A DNA stretch of 64,000 nt from a virus (taxonomy: Duplodnaviria > Caudoviricetes). The stretch covers positions 1 to 64,000 of the IMG/VR virus record IMGVR_UViG_3300028048_000123; one strand, given 5' to 3'. Under the pieces are notes generated by a model that was not told the DNA's origin, did no database searches, and saw nothing but the letters and a program-made list of their open reading frames with translations. Shown here in pieces: positions 21,524 through 34,974 of this stretch (position 1 is its first letter; the number at the start of each line of letters is the position of its first letter). Position numbers and translations under genes: made by a program.

Positions 21524-22033
21524 TTAAGCGCTTAGCTCTCGTCTGTCATTTAGATACTCTAAAACCATGATGTCAGACTTGATTACAGCTAGCAAAGACA
21601 TACACTTTGTTAAGTCGCCTGTAGAGCTATATTCAGCTAAAGCATTAGCTATTTCATTGGCTCTTACTTGCTTTAAAAATAAGCTATCGTCTATCTTGCT
21701 ATTGTACAAAAATATTTGTGTAAGCAGGCTTGCAAGTGTTGTAGCTACTTCATTGCCATTTATAGAACCATCAATATCTTGTAATGAAAAGTTCATAATA
21801 TTTGTATATAAAGGTGAATTGTGTTTATTATGCTTTTGTCTTAAGCCTTCAAAGAAGTTAATAGCAGCAATACCTTTATTTGCAGCAATGAACTTTAGTA
21901 CTTCTATTGCCTTTGGATCATTCATATCCTTAGCAGTTAAAAGCTTTGATAAATTTTTATTTACTTCAATTTTAGAAACGCCTTCATCTTCAAGACGTAC
22001 TAAAAGTCCTATACAGTCATCTTTTAATATCAT
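21524..22033 (-). CDS. Hypothetical protein after portal, 169 aa
   Basis: Intact ORF with SD. Confidence 0.7.
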   Translation of the reverse strand: MILKDDCIGLLVRLEDEGVSKIEVNKNLSKLLTAKDMNDPKAIEVLKFIAANKGIAAINFFEGLRQKHNKHNSPLYTNIMNFSLQDIDGSINGNEVATTLASLLTQIFLYNSKIDDSLFLKQVRANEIANALAEYSSTGDLTKCMSLLAVIKSDIMVLEYLNDRRELSA

Positions 22034-22052
22034 ATTATATTCCTCTTTTTAT

Positions 22053-24005
22053 CTAGTTATTAGCTGTAAAATCTATTCCCTTAATATCCTCTGGTTTTGG
22101 AAGGTCCTCATCAGAGTTTTCTAATAGATCTAGTTTTTTCTCTAAGCCATCTAATTGTAAGCTTTCATTAGTTGGGATAGGTGGAAGTTCTATATCTTCT
22201 GCCCCTGCTTCGCTAGCTGGCTCATTAGGAGCTTCTGGAGCCTCGCCTCCAACTGCTGGCTCTTCACCTTCTGGTGTAGCATTCTTTTCTTCTTCTTTAG
22301 CAGTTTTGATAGCTTCAATTTCTTCATCAATGATAGCTTGCATTTCATCGCCATAATTTAATGTGCCTAATTGGTATTTCAATAGCTTTAATCTTCTTTC
22401 TCTGTCTTCAACATCTGTAAATAAGCTGTTCATACTACTAATTGCATTTAGTCTATCTGTTAAGTCTTTTCTATAGTCTAGCATTTCTTGTGTTATAGGT
22501 TGTTGCATCTTTAATACAAAGTTATTTAGATAGCTTACAAGACCATTATTAATAAGCATTAAATTAATAGCTTCTGTAACAGCTTGTATAACAGCATTTT
22601 GAACCATCTTTACATTCTTACCAAATTGAGATGAAATAATTGTTAAAGCCGTACCACCATTGAAACCACCACCTTCATCTGTAAATCCAAAATATTGTTT
22701 TGGCACACCAAATGCAGCGTAGAATTTATCATTCCACCATTCGATATCAGCAATACCCTTAACTTCTGTATCGCCACCAACAGCATTAATAGTAATTGCA
22801 CCTTGTCCATTATGTGTTGTATAATAAACATTGTTTTCTGTTGGACCTGGGTTAATAAACTCAGACATACCGCCGTCTGTTCTACCTTCACCAGTAACTA
22901 AAGCTGTTTTTTGCTCTATCATAGACTTAACATATCTTAAAGTAGCTTTTGCTTTTTCTTTAGACATGTCACCTACATCGACAGCTACAAGTCTAATAAT
23001 ACTTGAACGTGTAACTCTATTTAAAATAGCTGCATTTTCTAATAATGTCTTTTCTCTTCAAGTTTTATATGAATCATATAGAATAGATTTACCACGTTTA
23101 ACTGTATAATCCATACTATTTAAATCAGCATCATAATCAGTAGCATTTCTATAGATTTGAACTGTTTCTGGGAATCTTGTATAGTTGTCATCTAGATAAG
23201 CATGCACATAGTCATCAGCTTGGTGCACAATAACGTCATTACTTTTCATTCTGTAATTAGCTACAGTAATGCCTGATGTTGCGCTTACTACTTCAGAATA
23301 ATCATATCCTAAATCTTTTGTATTTGGAACCTCAATAAAGCCATATGTTTTACCATATTTAGTAAGCTCAAACATTGTGCTTGGATCTGGAACCATTTCT
23401 ACATAATAGCTATACTTATCGTTGTTATTATGCATTGATAAGATAATGTTTTCATCTAAACCTTGTGCTCTCGCTGTTTCCTTATCAAGCTCTTCATTTA
23501 AGATGTCTCTTGCACCTTTTGTCTTTGGTTGGCCAAATAAATCATCTTCATAGTCTGATTCTCTAAAAAGCTTTAGATAAACGTCGCCATATTTTAATAA
23601 ACAATAAGTCCAACCATAAACATATTTATCTACATTCATGATATTCAATAAGTAATTTACATACTTACTAACTTTTGGATCTTTTGCTTCACACCATATA
23701 ATATGACCGTTATCAGCTGCTTCACAAACTGACCCTGCAAATGTCTTTAACAACATAGCTACTGCAGAATCTCTTCCCATTGTATCAATTAGCTCATAAA
23801 CTTGTTCTCTGCCATTAGATATAGTAGTAAACTTTTCAAGTGCTGCATAGTCGATGTTTGTTCCACCTAAAACTTCGTCAACTAGTTGTTTAGATAAGTC
23901 AACATCTGCCTTTACCGTTTTATCCAATACAGTAGACTTAATTTGGCTTCCTGCTAATGGGTTTGGTGATTTGGCTCTTGGTTTTCTAACCTTTTCGTCT
24001 GCCAT
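22053..24005 (-). CDS. Portal protein (gp20-like), 650 aa; 1 TGA-Trp
   Basis: YKT-W-REKTLLENAAILNRVTRSSIIRLVAVDVGDM matches the gp20 W...ED...R...DVG block; AAFGVPK; TGA 23058. Confidence 0.85.
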
Positions 24006-24033
24006 TTTTGTTTCTCCTTGTTTGTATTTAGTT

Positions 24034-26085
24034 TTATCCTAAAAATAATATTCCGTCCGAGATGTCTGCTAGATCCTGTGTTAAATCAGGGTCATCGTCA
24101 TCATCAAACAGTCTATCAGTTTCATTTTTGTCTAACTCTTGATATATTTTAGCTAATTCATTTTGGAAATCAACTATTATCTGTTGCTTTCTTTGTGCTG
24201 CTGACTGCTCAGAGTTTACCTCAAGCATAGCGTCTAAATTAGTAGCTACATTTATGGTTGCAGTACATAAATCAGCATGTTGTGATGCATTCCATAAAGA
24301 ACCGACTACAGCATCGATTTGGTCTTTTGAACCAGATTTACCAGCGTCAGGGTGCTCAATATGTCCATCAGATAGCTTTTCAAGTCCTAAAACTTCTTCT
24401 GTCAAGAAATCACACTTTCTATAAACATCCATACGTCTGTCTGTCATAGTAGTTTTGAAATAAGCATATTGGTTTTGTTGTCTTGTTTTAGCATCAACAC
24501 GGTCCACAGATACAGTCTTTACTTCAAAGCCGTCTGTTTTTAGCTCTTGTTGCATCATTGGTCCGCCTCAAGTATCGCAAGATATACCCTTAATATTAAA
24601 GCCTTGGTCTCTTAGCCACCTAATGAAGTTTCTGTGCTTTGCAAAGCTAATTGAGAAGCCCTTAGGAGCTTTAATAGACACTGAGAAAGCTACTCTATAG
24701 AAAAGTTCTCTTGAGATGTCTTCACCTTCAATACTTTCAGATTTACCTTTTAACCAAGTACCTGCAATACCTGTTTTGTCTCCTTTACCCAAGCTTCCAG
24801 ACGACATGTCGAGATGAATAAATAAAGGTTTTGCTTTCCATTCATCAGGCACTTTACTTAGGTCAAAGAAATTCGCATATTGTGCAAAGTCATCAGGACT
24901 ATTTCCAACCTCAATAATTTCTTTTGTGAAAGGGTTTTCATAGTCAGCTTTAATAGCATTCCAAGAAATACCTGAAATATACTTAGTAGCAGAAGCAGTT
25001 GAAATACCTGCAATATCTGTTAAAGCTAATTCAATGTTCGTTTTGAAAGCTTCTAAATAAGCTTCTGTTCTTGGAACTGAAATAATCCTGTTATATCCCT
25101 TTTCTCTGTATGTTGCCTCATCAGCATTATCTGGGATAAGTTCATTTGGTAAGTATCTATCACCTACAGCTACTTTAAACCAAGTGCCTGTTTGTTTTCT
25201 GCTATCAACTACCCATTGTGGTTCGTCAATGATTAGTGTTGTCTTTGATTCATTTTTCTTCTTAGTTTCAATATAGTCATCTAAGAAAGATTGGTCTGAT
25301 GCTTTAGAAGAAGCTATAATATTTAGTGTTGGTAAGAAGTTTCCTCTTAAGAATCTTGAAGCCATACGGGCATCAACTTGAGAAATGATTTTTTTTAGCT
25401 TTGCCTTTTGTCTTTCAACGTCAGCACTTCTAGCATCAAAGTTAACTTCGTCTGAGAAATTACAGAATAGCGCACGACCTACAATTTGATTGTTGCTTGA
25501 AGCACATACAAACTCAATATGCTTTTCTGGAACAAACATCATATTGCTGGTTCCATGCATTTCACCATGAGACATAAATCAATCACTTGAAAGTATTAAT
25601 TGATTTAGCTTATCAAGAGCAACACCTCTAGCGTTATCAATAGTGATGTTCATTAAAGATATTGTGATTTTATCGATAGGCTGCATTCCATAATATAAAT
25701 ATGGATCTTTTAAGCAAAGTAATCTATAAAGCATATACAACTGACAAATAACGGCCATAGTAGATTTACCAATACCAATAGACCCTGTAAGTATTAGAGT
25801 ATTATAAGCAGTTGTTGTATTTGTCGGAAATATTTTTTCAAGTGTTTTTTCTCAGTAAGGGTACAGTGTAAATCTGCCTTCTGGATCATATAAGCCATTT
25901 CCAAGATAATGTCTGTCATGTAAAAAAGTGTGCACGTCAACTGGAACTTCCTCTCAGTCGGCATACTTCATTTCTTCTAAAGTCTCAGATGAACCAGCTT
26001 TAGCATATTCGCCTAAAATCTTTAATACTTCAGCTCTTTCTTCTGGACTTAAATTGTCTAAAATTTCTTGACTAATCCTTTCCAT
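24034..26085 (-). CDS. Terminase large subunit, 683 aa; 4 TGA-Trp
   Basis: Walker A LTGSIGIGKST; SSD-W-F; FSDE; IHLDMS; SCDT-W; KDQIDAV. One frame from ATG 26085 to TAA 24034. Confidence 0.9.
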
Positions 26086-26096
26086 AACACTATTAT

Positions 26097-26104
26097 ATTA
26101 TACA
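26097..26104 (-). promoter_or_regulatory. Sigma70-like -10 element before terminase
   Basis: TGTATAATATAATAGTG, 11 nt before the ATG. Confidence 0.45.
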
Positions 26105-26121
26105 TTATATATAATGTATTT

Positions 26122-27138
26122 CTAATTTTCCTTATTTTCTTCCTTTAATCAATTTAATATTTCACCTTTATTGTAAAACACTAAATAATTTAGTTTATTG
26201 GTTAAAGCACTTGCATGCTTTCTTATATCTAAGTCTGTTCAAGTATAAATAGCATTTTTATAATATTTAGATACTAAAGCTTTTTCTGTTCAATTAGTAA
26301 GCTTAGACCTACAAATATCTAGTTCTGGGTCAAATGGCATCCCGCCATGTGTTCAAGTAATATGTAATTCTATAAACAAATCTAATGATTTTATATAAAA
26401 ATCACATTCAAATGGATAACGAGAATCGTTGCTATAGTGCCAGACCACATCACTATCTCCATACTTTTCTTGCAATAGCTTATAAAATTCTTTTTCTATC
26501 CTTGAAGTATTAAATGTACTATTTAATTTTTGTGTCCTATATTTCTTAGCTAATCAATTTTCAGCATTGGTACGAAGCTCTGTTTTTCGTTTAGAACAAG
26601 CTGAGTACGAAGTAACACCATATTTTTGTAGGCATGTCTCTGAGACCCTATTTTTATACTCAGATGTTTTGGTGTATCAGTCTACTCCATATTTTTTTAG
26701 ATTCGTAGCCCTAATTCTTTTTATAGTAGCTTCGTCTTTAGTTATATTATCTACATTATACTTGTCTACTAAAGTTTGTTTTAGGTTTTTTAGCATTATA
26801 TCCATCTTTTCTTCAGCTGTATGCTCAATTATATTATACTCAGCAAAAATTTCACGTAAATGCTTTTCTTTTATATGAAATTTGCTACAAGTGCTTTTTA
26901 TATTATTGTCTTTGTAAAAATCAATAATAGCCTTTTTATCTAATTCAGTAAGGCTTGCTTTTCGGCTTTGCCCTCGTCCTCAGCTAGCTGGATGCCTTTT
27001 AATATTGTTATCTGCTAGTATTTTATTATAATTAGGTCTAGACAATCCAAATTTTTGCATAGTGCTATTATCGCTATGTGTAGACTGATACTTAATTAAT
27101 TCAGCTATTTCTTCAGGGCTTAAAACTTTACGCTTCAT
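26122..27138 (-). CDS. Homing endonuclease-like protein, 338 aa; 7 TGA-Trp; absent from the ORF track
   Basis: KKYGV repeats; C-terminal RYPFECDFYIKSLDLFIELHIT-W-THGG is paralogous to 16800..17675. Confidence 0.75.
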
Positions 27139-27943
27139 TATTTTCCTCTGGCTTATTGGCTGTTATTGTTCCTTTGCCTGTAGCTGGATTTTTATTTGAG
27201 CCTTTTTGTATTTTGCCTCTATTCTGTGCTCAAGTATTTATCGTTTCAATAGTATGCTTATCACTGGTCAAGTCAACGTCTTCCGGCACTAAATTATAAT
27301 CTGCAGCCTCATCAACTGTAATACCATATAACTTTGGAAAAATAACCTTTAAAAAAGTATCATGCATATTCTCATCTAAATAAAATATATAGTTTTTAAT
27401 GCATGAAGCAACTTTCATCAAGAAGTCTTGATTAGAAAGCACTAAAAGAATATGCTTACAACCTCTACCTTTTTCATCTCTTGGGTTTCTAATGCCTTTT
27501 CCTGGGCCTGGATCTTGTGCTGTGTCATCTACCGATACATTATTTACAATGTTTCAGTGGGCATAGTTAAAAGTATGGTCCGGGCAAGTACATTTTATAT
27601 AGATATTAGCAGTATTAAAAATCTTTGTCAAAGCTTGTATTATAGTTCTAAATTCAAGCTTGTATTTATTATTTTTAATATTTTTAGCTATTTCAGCACA
27701 TACACCTTCCATTTTAACTGTAACAGTATAGCTATCTGTCTCGCCTGTTACTGGCACATCAAATTGTAGTATATCTTGCTTAAAGAACTTATTCATGTCT
27801 ATGCTCGAATACGATTTAACTTGATTAGCAATCTTAGAATAGCGTTTTCTTTCAAATCTATTTTTGCCACGAGACCTATCTTTGTAGTCTCCTACATTTC
27901 TTGATTTATTTATTAAGGTTGTACGTGTATCTTCTAATAACAT
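27128..27943 (-). CDS. SWIM-type zinc finger protein, 271 aa; 2 TGA-Trp
   Basis: CTCPD...GCKHIL joined across TGA 27554; ends TAA 27128. Confidence 0.7.
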
Positions 27944-27972
27944 TTTTACTCCTAAAATATTGAGTCTCAGTA

Positions 27973-27982
27973 TAATTTAGCA
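27973..27982 (-). promoter_or_regulatory. Candidate late promoter (SWIM-terminase-portal operon)
   Basis: TGCTAAATTA 30 nt before ATG 27943. Confidence 0.7.
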
Positions 27983-28002
27983 TATTTTTAATAAAAATAA
28001 AT

Positions 28003-28031
28003 AAAAAAAGAAAGCTATTTTTCAAGCTTTC
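28003..28031 (-). terminator. Intrinsic terminator after the NTase gene
   Basis: gaaagct/agctttc stem plus long U-tract. Confidence 0.7.
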
Positions 28032-28054
28032 TTCATTATAATTTTACTATTTTG

Positions 28055-30007
28055 CTAAATTTTTATTTGGCCTGATATATTGTACATTCTATTAGGCATT
28101 CCTGTTGTAGCCATTGCTTTGAAGTCAAATTTACCAGCAGTCTTATTTACATTAGCTATATAATCCTGAGCTTTAAGCATTCTACAGATATAGTCAGCAT
28201 CATTTTCGCTTACATTAGAAATGGTAAACTTACCATAAGGATTTATAAGTGGCTGTGTATGAGCTAACTGAGCAATTTTAATTCTGTATTCCGTTATTTG
28301 CTTATTTGATAGCATATCTAAGCCTTCAGGTAGCTCCTCGGGCTCATTATTGCCCAACTGGTCAACCATTTCAGATAAGCTTAGCTCTTTTCCTAAAAGC
28401 TCATTCTTTAAGTCTTTAAGTCTGTCTAAATAGCCCTTGTTTCTAATGGTCTTAAATATAACATTTTCAAGTCCATATTCACCTGTCAATGGAAGGCCTA
28501 TTTTTCTTAAATTATATAAGTCTTCAATATAAGCATCAATTTCTCTAATTTGTTGTGTCTTAATATCTTCAGCTGCATCTGGATCTGGCTCATAGTATTC
28601 TTCAAGCTCACCTACAGCATCATTTAGCACTTGTCTATATCTCTCTTCTCACTTAGCTAACTCAGCATTAAATACGTCCATATCCATATCTGGAATATTT
28701 ACGTACTTAGGTTCTTGTAGCCATTCTCTATTTAACACTGAATAAACACCATTGCTTACTCTTGGTGTGCTTTCGTCTTCAACATAGATTTCAACTGGGA
28801 TGTCATAGAAGTCAATATCAAGTCTCTTATTAAATAAGCTTCTATAAGCACTGTATAGCTTTGAGTATAAGTTATCTGGACATTCCAAACTGTCTGTATC
28901 AACTATAATATGTAAGTCTAAATCGCTATAAGGTGTATAGTTATAACTTGCATTTGAGCCAATAATTAAAATATCTTTTACATTTATTTTGATTTCGTCT
29001 TCAGCTAAACCGGCTAAGAATACATCAACTATTTGCTTAATCTTTTCTTCAACTTCTGGTTTTAATACTTCATCAGCTGTCCAAAGCTTTGGATTAAGTG
29101 TTGTGTGCTTAGCTACTGCATTTGCAGAAGGCATTTCTTCTGTGTCTTCTATTAAAGCATCTGAAAAATCTCTTCTCATAGATTTACTTCCTTTTATTAA
29201 GCCTTCATGGCATTTACATCTTTTATTTATATAAGCAGGGCCACAATCTGTATTAACTAAATCATAGCAGTCTTTTAAGTTACCAAAATCAGGTATAGCT
29301 ATTGGCCCAATTCCTCTAAACTGGTCATCAGTTATTGTAAATTCAAAATCTTTAACTGGCTTTTTAGTTTCCATATGATCAGCTGCAGCAATAATAAAGT
29401 CTCTTGCTTGCTCTACACTTTCAAAAACAGGCTCTGAATAATTACCTAATTTTCTTGGTACACCATCAATTCCCATTTTATATAATCCTGGAGATTTTGG
29501 TCTTAAAAATACAATATAAGCTGCACAACCTTTTTCATATCTCATATCTTTTGATATAATACGATAATGGTCTGTTCGGCCTGTCTTTCTTATTTTGATT
29601 CTTGATTCAATAGTTGCCATAGCTTTTTCGTCAGCTTTCTTCATTTCTTCAGCAGCTATTACTTTAATTTCCTCAAGCTTACGTGCTATACCTGGGTTTG
29701 AAGCTATCTTATTAAGTATATCACTAAGTTCTGCTTTTGGTATTGGAAGCCCATAATAGCCACCTTCAAGTATATATGCAAGTTCTCCAGCTGTTTTTGA
29801 ATTATCTGCAAGTATATAATAGCAAATACATGCAATAATAGCAGTAATTATATCTTTGCCACTATACTTCTCTACACATTTAGCTAAAGCTGCTGTGCCA
29901 GACTTTAGATGCTTGCATACAAATATATAATCTTCAACATTGAAGTCGTCTTCACTTATTGCCATCCCTGGCCCTAAGCTTATTGCTGATTCATTTAGCT
30001 TATCCAC
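28055..30007 (-). CDS. Pol-beta superfamily nucleotidyltransferase domain protein, 650 aa; 1 TGA-Trp
   Basis: IIGSNASYNYTPYSDLDLHII (GS...DxD) and VEIYVE; joined to 28055..28630 via TGA 28649. Confidence 0.75.
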
Positions 30008-30009
30008 TA

Positions 30010-32820
30010 TTAGTCTTCCTCTACTTCATCAATTTCTTCATATTCAGGCTCTAAACCTTGATATTCGGCCATTCTTGCTGGAATTACAAACTTCATATTG
30101 CAGGCATCACAGCATCTACCTTCGCTCTTAACTGGGGCTGGATTATTTCCATAGCCATCAATTTCTTCACCACAGATACAGCAGATGCCACCCTTAGCTT
30201 CAGTTAATGTTTCACCAAAAGCATTTACAGGTGCAAAGTCTAAATCAAAAGCTTCATAAATTTCTGGTTCAACTTCTGGAAGGTCAGCTACTGTTAGTCT
30301 GTCTTCATATTCTTGCTTAACTGGCTCTCTTTCTAAGTTCATATCTGTACCAGTGAAGTGCTTACGTTTTTCTTCCTTTTTAACATATAAGTCATAGTCC
30401 ATAATTCTAACATGGTTTTTATCGTATAATACGCCTTCATCGTAATAATATATAATATCATTATTTGTTAGCTTATGTACGTCCTCATTATCAACTAGGT
30501 TCTTTAATGAATAAACAGAACAGTTTTCACCCTTGTCTCCAATAGCAATAAGAGCTTTAATAATACCAGCTTTGTTAGCGCAATAAATATTTTGTGGTCT
30601 TATGTAGTATCTTCTAACTTCACGCTTTGCTTCATTTAAGTTTTTAATGCCTTCTATTAGCTTGCTTTCTAAGCCTTCATCAAGCTCTGCTAGCATACTG
30701 CTTAATCTGCTAGTGATCTCAGGGTCAGAGCTTAACACATTTAATATATTCTTAATATCGTCTACAGTAATAGAGTAACGCTTGCAGATATGGTCTATAA
30801 TTATTTGTGCTACTTCTGTCTTACCCAAAGTTATAGCATAGAGCAATCTTACAAAGAATGCCTTTAAACGTTTATATAACGGATCCTTAGAATACTCTAT
30901 ATCATGTAGTGTTGACTTTATGCTGCTTGGGTACAATTCAATTTCTTTAAATTCAGCTAGCATTAAATCATCTACACTAGGTGCTACCAATCTCTTTTCA
31001 GCAACCCAGACTTTTGGAATAGCTACACCTTTTGACACCATTTCAGCTTCAAGTCGTTTTAAGGTATCTGTATAACCATTAACTCTGCATATGTTCCAGT
31101 TATATTCTAGTTTTTCAGGAGACATAGCTTTTATGCCTGTGCCGGCACGGTCTCTTGTGCCTTCTTCAGTGTCTTTCATTTTCTGAAGTTGTGTAGCATA
31201 GTCTAATCTAACTTCAGTAAGTTCTTGAGCTTCTGCTAAAGATTCAAATGTTTCATTTCCCAATGTTTCATAAGGTGTCTTTAAGAAATAAATTTGGTTT
31301 GTATATAAAGCTCTAACTTGTGGCTTTGCTAGCATACCATTTGAAATCTTAGACCTTGTTTCAAAATTCTTTTCAGAACTTAATTGAACAGCATCAATAG
31401 TTTTAGCATCTGATTCAAGTTGAGCTCTAATCTTATTAGCTAAATCAACTATTTCTCATCTATGCTTCTTAGGTTCGCCTTTAGCTGTTACGCCATATAG
31501 AAGGTCATCAGCTATTTTCTCAACAGCAGCTAAAATAGTCTCTTCAAGTAATTCACGAGACACTTTAATATAACCATTGCCATCAAATATATCAAGATAA
31601 TATGTTACTACTGGATAGCTTCCAACTCTTGGATAGAATAGAATAGTATTATAGTTATCCTTTGTTATCGTGCCATCAGCTTGTACCTTTGTATTTGTAT
31701 ATTGCTTAACAATTTTATTTGCACTTGCATAGTTTGCTGAGAAATCAGCTTCTCTATGAGCAAGTGGTCTTCTATTTTCATGATGTCCAGCATCATTACC
31801 AATAGCCATAGTATCTTTAGCTATTTGAAGTCTTCTTTCTCTGTTAGTATCATCATTAGCTCTTGCTTCAATATAGTCAATACCTGTATAGCCAAGTAAA
31901 CGAGTACACTTTAATAATGTAAATTTATCCTTTAGCTCTGAATAGAAATAAACTGGAGTGGCATAACCAACTTCAAATTCTTCTTCCGGCTCAAGTTTTT
32001 CTAAGGCATCTTCAATTTTTTTCTTTTCTATAATATGAAGCCCATTTGGTAAATCAATGTCTTCACCAGCCTTAGCAACATACATTTTATCTTCATCAAG
32101 ATCAATAGCTTCTTCTAAGCTTTCATTAATATTTAATGTATCCCACATAATACCATTATTAGTATAATATAAATGCTTCATACCTTGTGTAGTATCTACA
32201 TCTACCCCTTTATAAGTAACACCATCGTCAATACTACCGCCATGCTCTACTTGAGTAATTGTATCATTACTTTTATTTTCTATGTAATCAAAATCTATCT
32301 CATCAAAATATAAAATAAGGTCTTCTTTATCAAAATATGGCACAGCAAAACCATTCCAATCTTCATTTGGATCATAATAACCCTTAACTCTAACGTCTGG
32401 GTCTACACAATAAAAAATTGCAGGCTTAAGAGCAGCAGTATCTTCATGTAAGCTTTCACCCATAGCTCCTCCGCCTTCACCGCTGGCAGTTCCACCATCA
32501 CCTGCGCCTGCATCTCCAGCACTTGCACCTGCATCTCCTGCAGCTTCAGCAGCAGCTTCTCCAGGTCCAGCTACATCTACAGCAGCTCCTGTACCAGCAT
32601 CTATGGCAGCAGCTTCAGCATCAACAGCTATTTCTACAGCATTAGCTTCTTTTTCTGCTTCTTTAGTAGCATCTTTTATTTGGTCTTCAAAATCTGTTCC
32701 CATTCTTTTATTGAACATTTTGCAGTTATAATCTGGATTTCCAGTTGTAAAAGTCAAGTAAGCACCACTTACTTTCTTCTTCTTTTTCTTATCTGCTTCT
32801 GTTAAACGTAGTTTAATCAT
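30010..32820 (-). CDS. Large acidic hypothetical protein, 936 aa; 1 TGA-Trp; C-terminal CCxC...CCxxC motif
   Basis: Fragments 31456..32820 and 30010..31335 join via TGA; Ala/Gly-rich linker; LxE motifs. Confidence 0.7.
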
Positions 32821-32854
32821 ATTTTATTTTCTCCTTAACTTGAGCAACGTCATA

Positions 32855-32864
32855 TAATTTAGCA
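32855..32864 (-). promoter_or_regulatory. Candidate late promoter (936-aa and NTase genes)
   Basis: TGCTAAATTA before ATG 32820. Confidence 0.7.
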
Positions 32865-32886
32865 GAAAAACCAATTAAATAATAAA

Positions 32887-32915
32887 ATAAAAGAGACCCA
32901 AATAAGGTCTCTTTT
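32887..32915 (-). terminator. Intrinsic terminator after the MoxR-vWA operon
   Basis: aaagagacc/ggtctcttt stem. Confidence 0.75.
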
Positions 32916-32932
32916 TGTATAGCTTAATTATG

Positions 32933-33418
32933 TTAGTTAAAAAGATTAAAAGCTTCTTGTAAATCTATTTTTTCTTCTTCATCAGCGGGTGTTGGTTCAT
33001 CAAAGTCTGTAAAATACTCAAATGGCTCTTCAACCTTAGCTGGTTCTTCAGCTTTTTCTTCGACTTCTACTTCGCCTTCATCTTCATCTTTTTCAATTTT
33101 AATCTTTGTCTTGTCTTCATCACCATAGTTTTTAACTTCAATATTAACGTTAACGTCTTCTGTTAATGCTTTGTCTTCATCCTCTGGGAATTCAACGTAG
33201 TCTTTAGCTTCTGCAAAGGCCTCTAGTTGTCCAATAGCAATTAAATAGCTATCTGCCAAAGCTTGTAATGTGTCTTCAATTTGCTTCGCACCCTTATAAG
33301 CACTTCCAATAGACTCAATGTCAGCTTTAATATTGCCAACTTCAGCCCAACCTCTGCTAATTAGGTCTGTTAACAAACTTACAGGTATTGTTTCTTTTGA
33401 TTCTTTTAATTCTGCCAT
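32933..33418 (-). CDS. Acidic hypothetical protein (possible prohead core), 161 aa
   Basis: Intact ORF with SD; LKE/LTE/LQE motifs. Confidence 0.6.
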   Translation of the reverse strand: MAELKESKETIPVSLLTDLISRGWAEVGNIKADIESIGSAYKGAKQIEDTLQALADSYLIAIGQLEAFAEAKDYVEFPEDEDKALTEDVNVNIEVKNYGDEDKTKIKIEKDEDEGEVEVEEKAEEPAKVEEPFEYFTDFDEPTPADEEEKIDLQEAFNLFN

Positions 33419-33431
33419 ATTTTATACTCCT

Positions 33432-34973
33432 TTAAACCTTATATTCATAAGTGCCTTTTCTGCCTCTTAATTTTATGCTAGCTTCTGGAACTCTATCACC
33501 ATTTTTCCATAAGAACCATACACAACCAGGAACGACAGTACCTGGACCTTTTATGCAGCCATGTTGGCCCGGATGATTATAATTCACAGCAATATCTGAG
33601 TCAGTCATTATAATTACATTCTTAGTTTTTGGTGCAGCATCAATATTTTGGATGATTAGGTCCCAGCATTCTCTTGCACCTCTTGATCTTGCTGCAGCTT
33701 GATTTGTAGTTAATATTTCTGAAAAATAGAAAATATTAAGCTTTAAGTAATCCTCTTTTTCAAGGTCAAGCATATCTTTAATTGCAGCCATACCTTGTCT
33801 AACCTCACTTTCACTCCAAGAACCTGATTGGTCAAAATATACATCAATAGATGGCTTGTTTTCATCTGGTATATCATCAATTCTTATACCAGGAACAGCT
33901 ATGTCATCAAGCTCATGTGCTCTATTAACAATAGCATATGTTTCTTCTTCAACTTCCATCATATCTCTGATTTGGTCACCAATAGCTTTCTTCAAGTCAG
34001 CTTTGAATGTTTCCATATTGCCTTTAAATGCGGCACCACGAGCAGCTTCCAATTCTCTTTTTAAACGTTCTTTTTCACGTTCTGCTGCTTTCATCTTTTG
34101 ATATTCTGGGTCTGTTACAATATTTTGCTTATCTTCATCATCTAATAGCTCATTACCATATACATCAGCAGCGTCATCTTTGATCTTAGCAATACGGTCT
34201 TTTACATTATCAATTTTAGTATGTGCTACGCCAGCTTTTTCAGCTATATCAAGTGCTTTATTAATAAGTTCATTGAATTCTGAAGCTGACATGTCTTTAA
34301 CTTTTTCAGGGTTTTCTTTTAGCTCTTTATGCATTTCAGAAAGCTTTTCATCAATTTCCTTTAATGTAGCTTTATCTTCTTCTGATAGTGATGGGCTTTC
34401 AGACTTTTCATCTTTATCTAAAGCACGCTTAATTTGTTTATGGCAACTTGCAGCTTCAACTCTACGTCTGAAGGCTTCTGATTCCATTTTCTTTTTCTCT
34501 TCTTCTTCAGCGCCATCTTTTGTTAAATCTTTATCTAGCTTGCTTTCTTCTTCATCATCAACAAGATCATCATCATCTGGCTTCTTTGAATCGCCTTCTT
34601 CTGATTTTCCAGGGTCACTTTCATCACCCTCTTTTTTATCTTCAGCTTTACCAGGATCACTCTCATCTGACTTTTTTGGATCGCCTTTATCTTCGTCATC
34701 ATCATCTTCATCATCTGTTGAACCAGGCATATCAATGTCGTCAGGATTTTCAAATTCAGTATCATCTGGTGGTGTAGGCTCTTCTGGTGTAGGTTGTTCT
34801 AGCTCAGGATCTATCTCAGTTTCAGGTGGGATAGGAAATCCAGGTGGAATTGGCATACCACCTTCACGAGCGCCAATAACAGCGCTTATGGCATCCATAA
34901 CGCCATCTTTTTCGTCGCCGGTTGTTAAAGCTCCTATTCAGTCTTTTAATGCTTTTAATTCGTCACTTGTCAT
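33432..34973 (-). CDS. vWA (MIDAS) domain protein with acidic N-terminal region, 513 aa; 1 TGA-Trp
   Basis: VYFDQSGSWS (DxSxS) and IIMTDSD; ATG 34973 directly follows the upstream TAG; TGA at codon 12. Confidence 0.75.
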
Positions 34974-34974
34974 A

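Noticed and set aside
24034-26085. Intron or intein in the terminase
   Set aside because: One continuous frame under table 4 with no intein motifs; the neighbouring nuclease is free-standing.
26122-27138. TGA as Gly (table 25) or selenocysteine
   Set aside because: Paralogue alignments put Trp at these positions. One site in 57339..58415 (KKVV*IE) could suit Cys but is outweighed by the rest.
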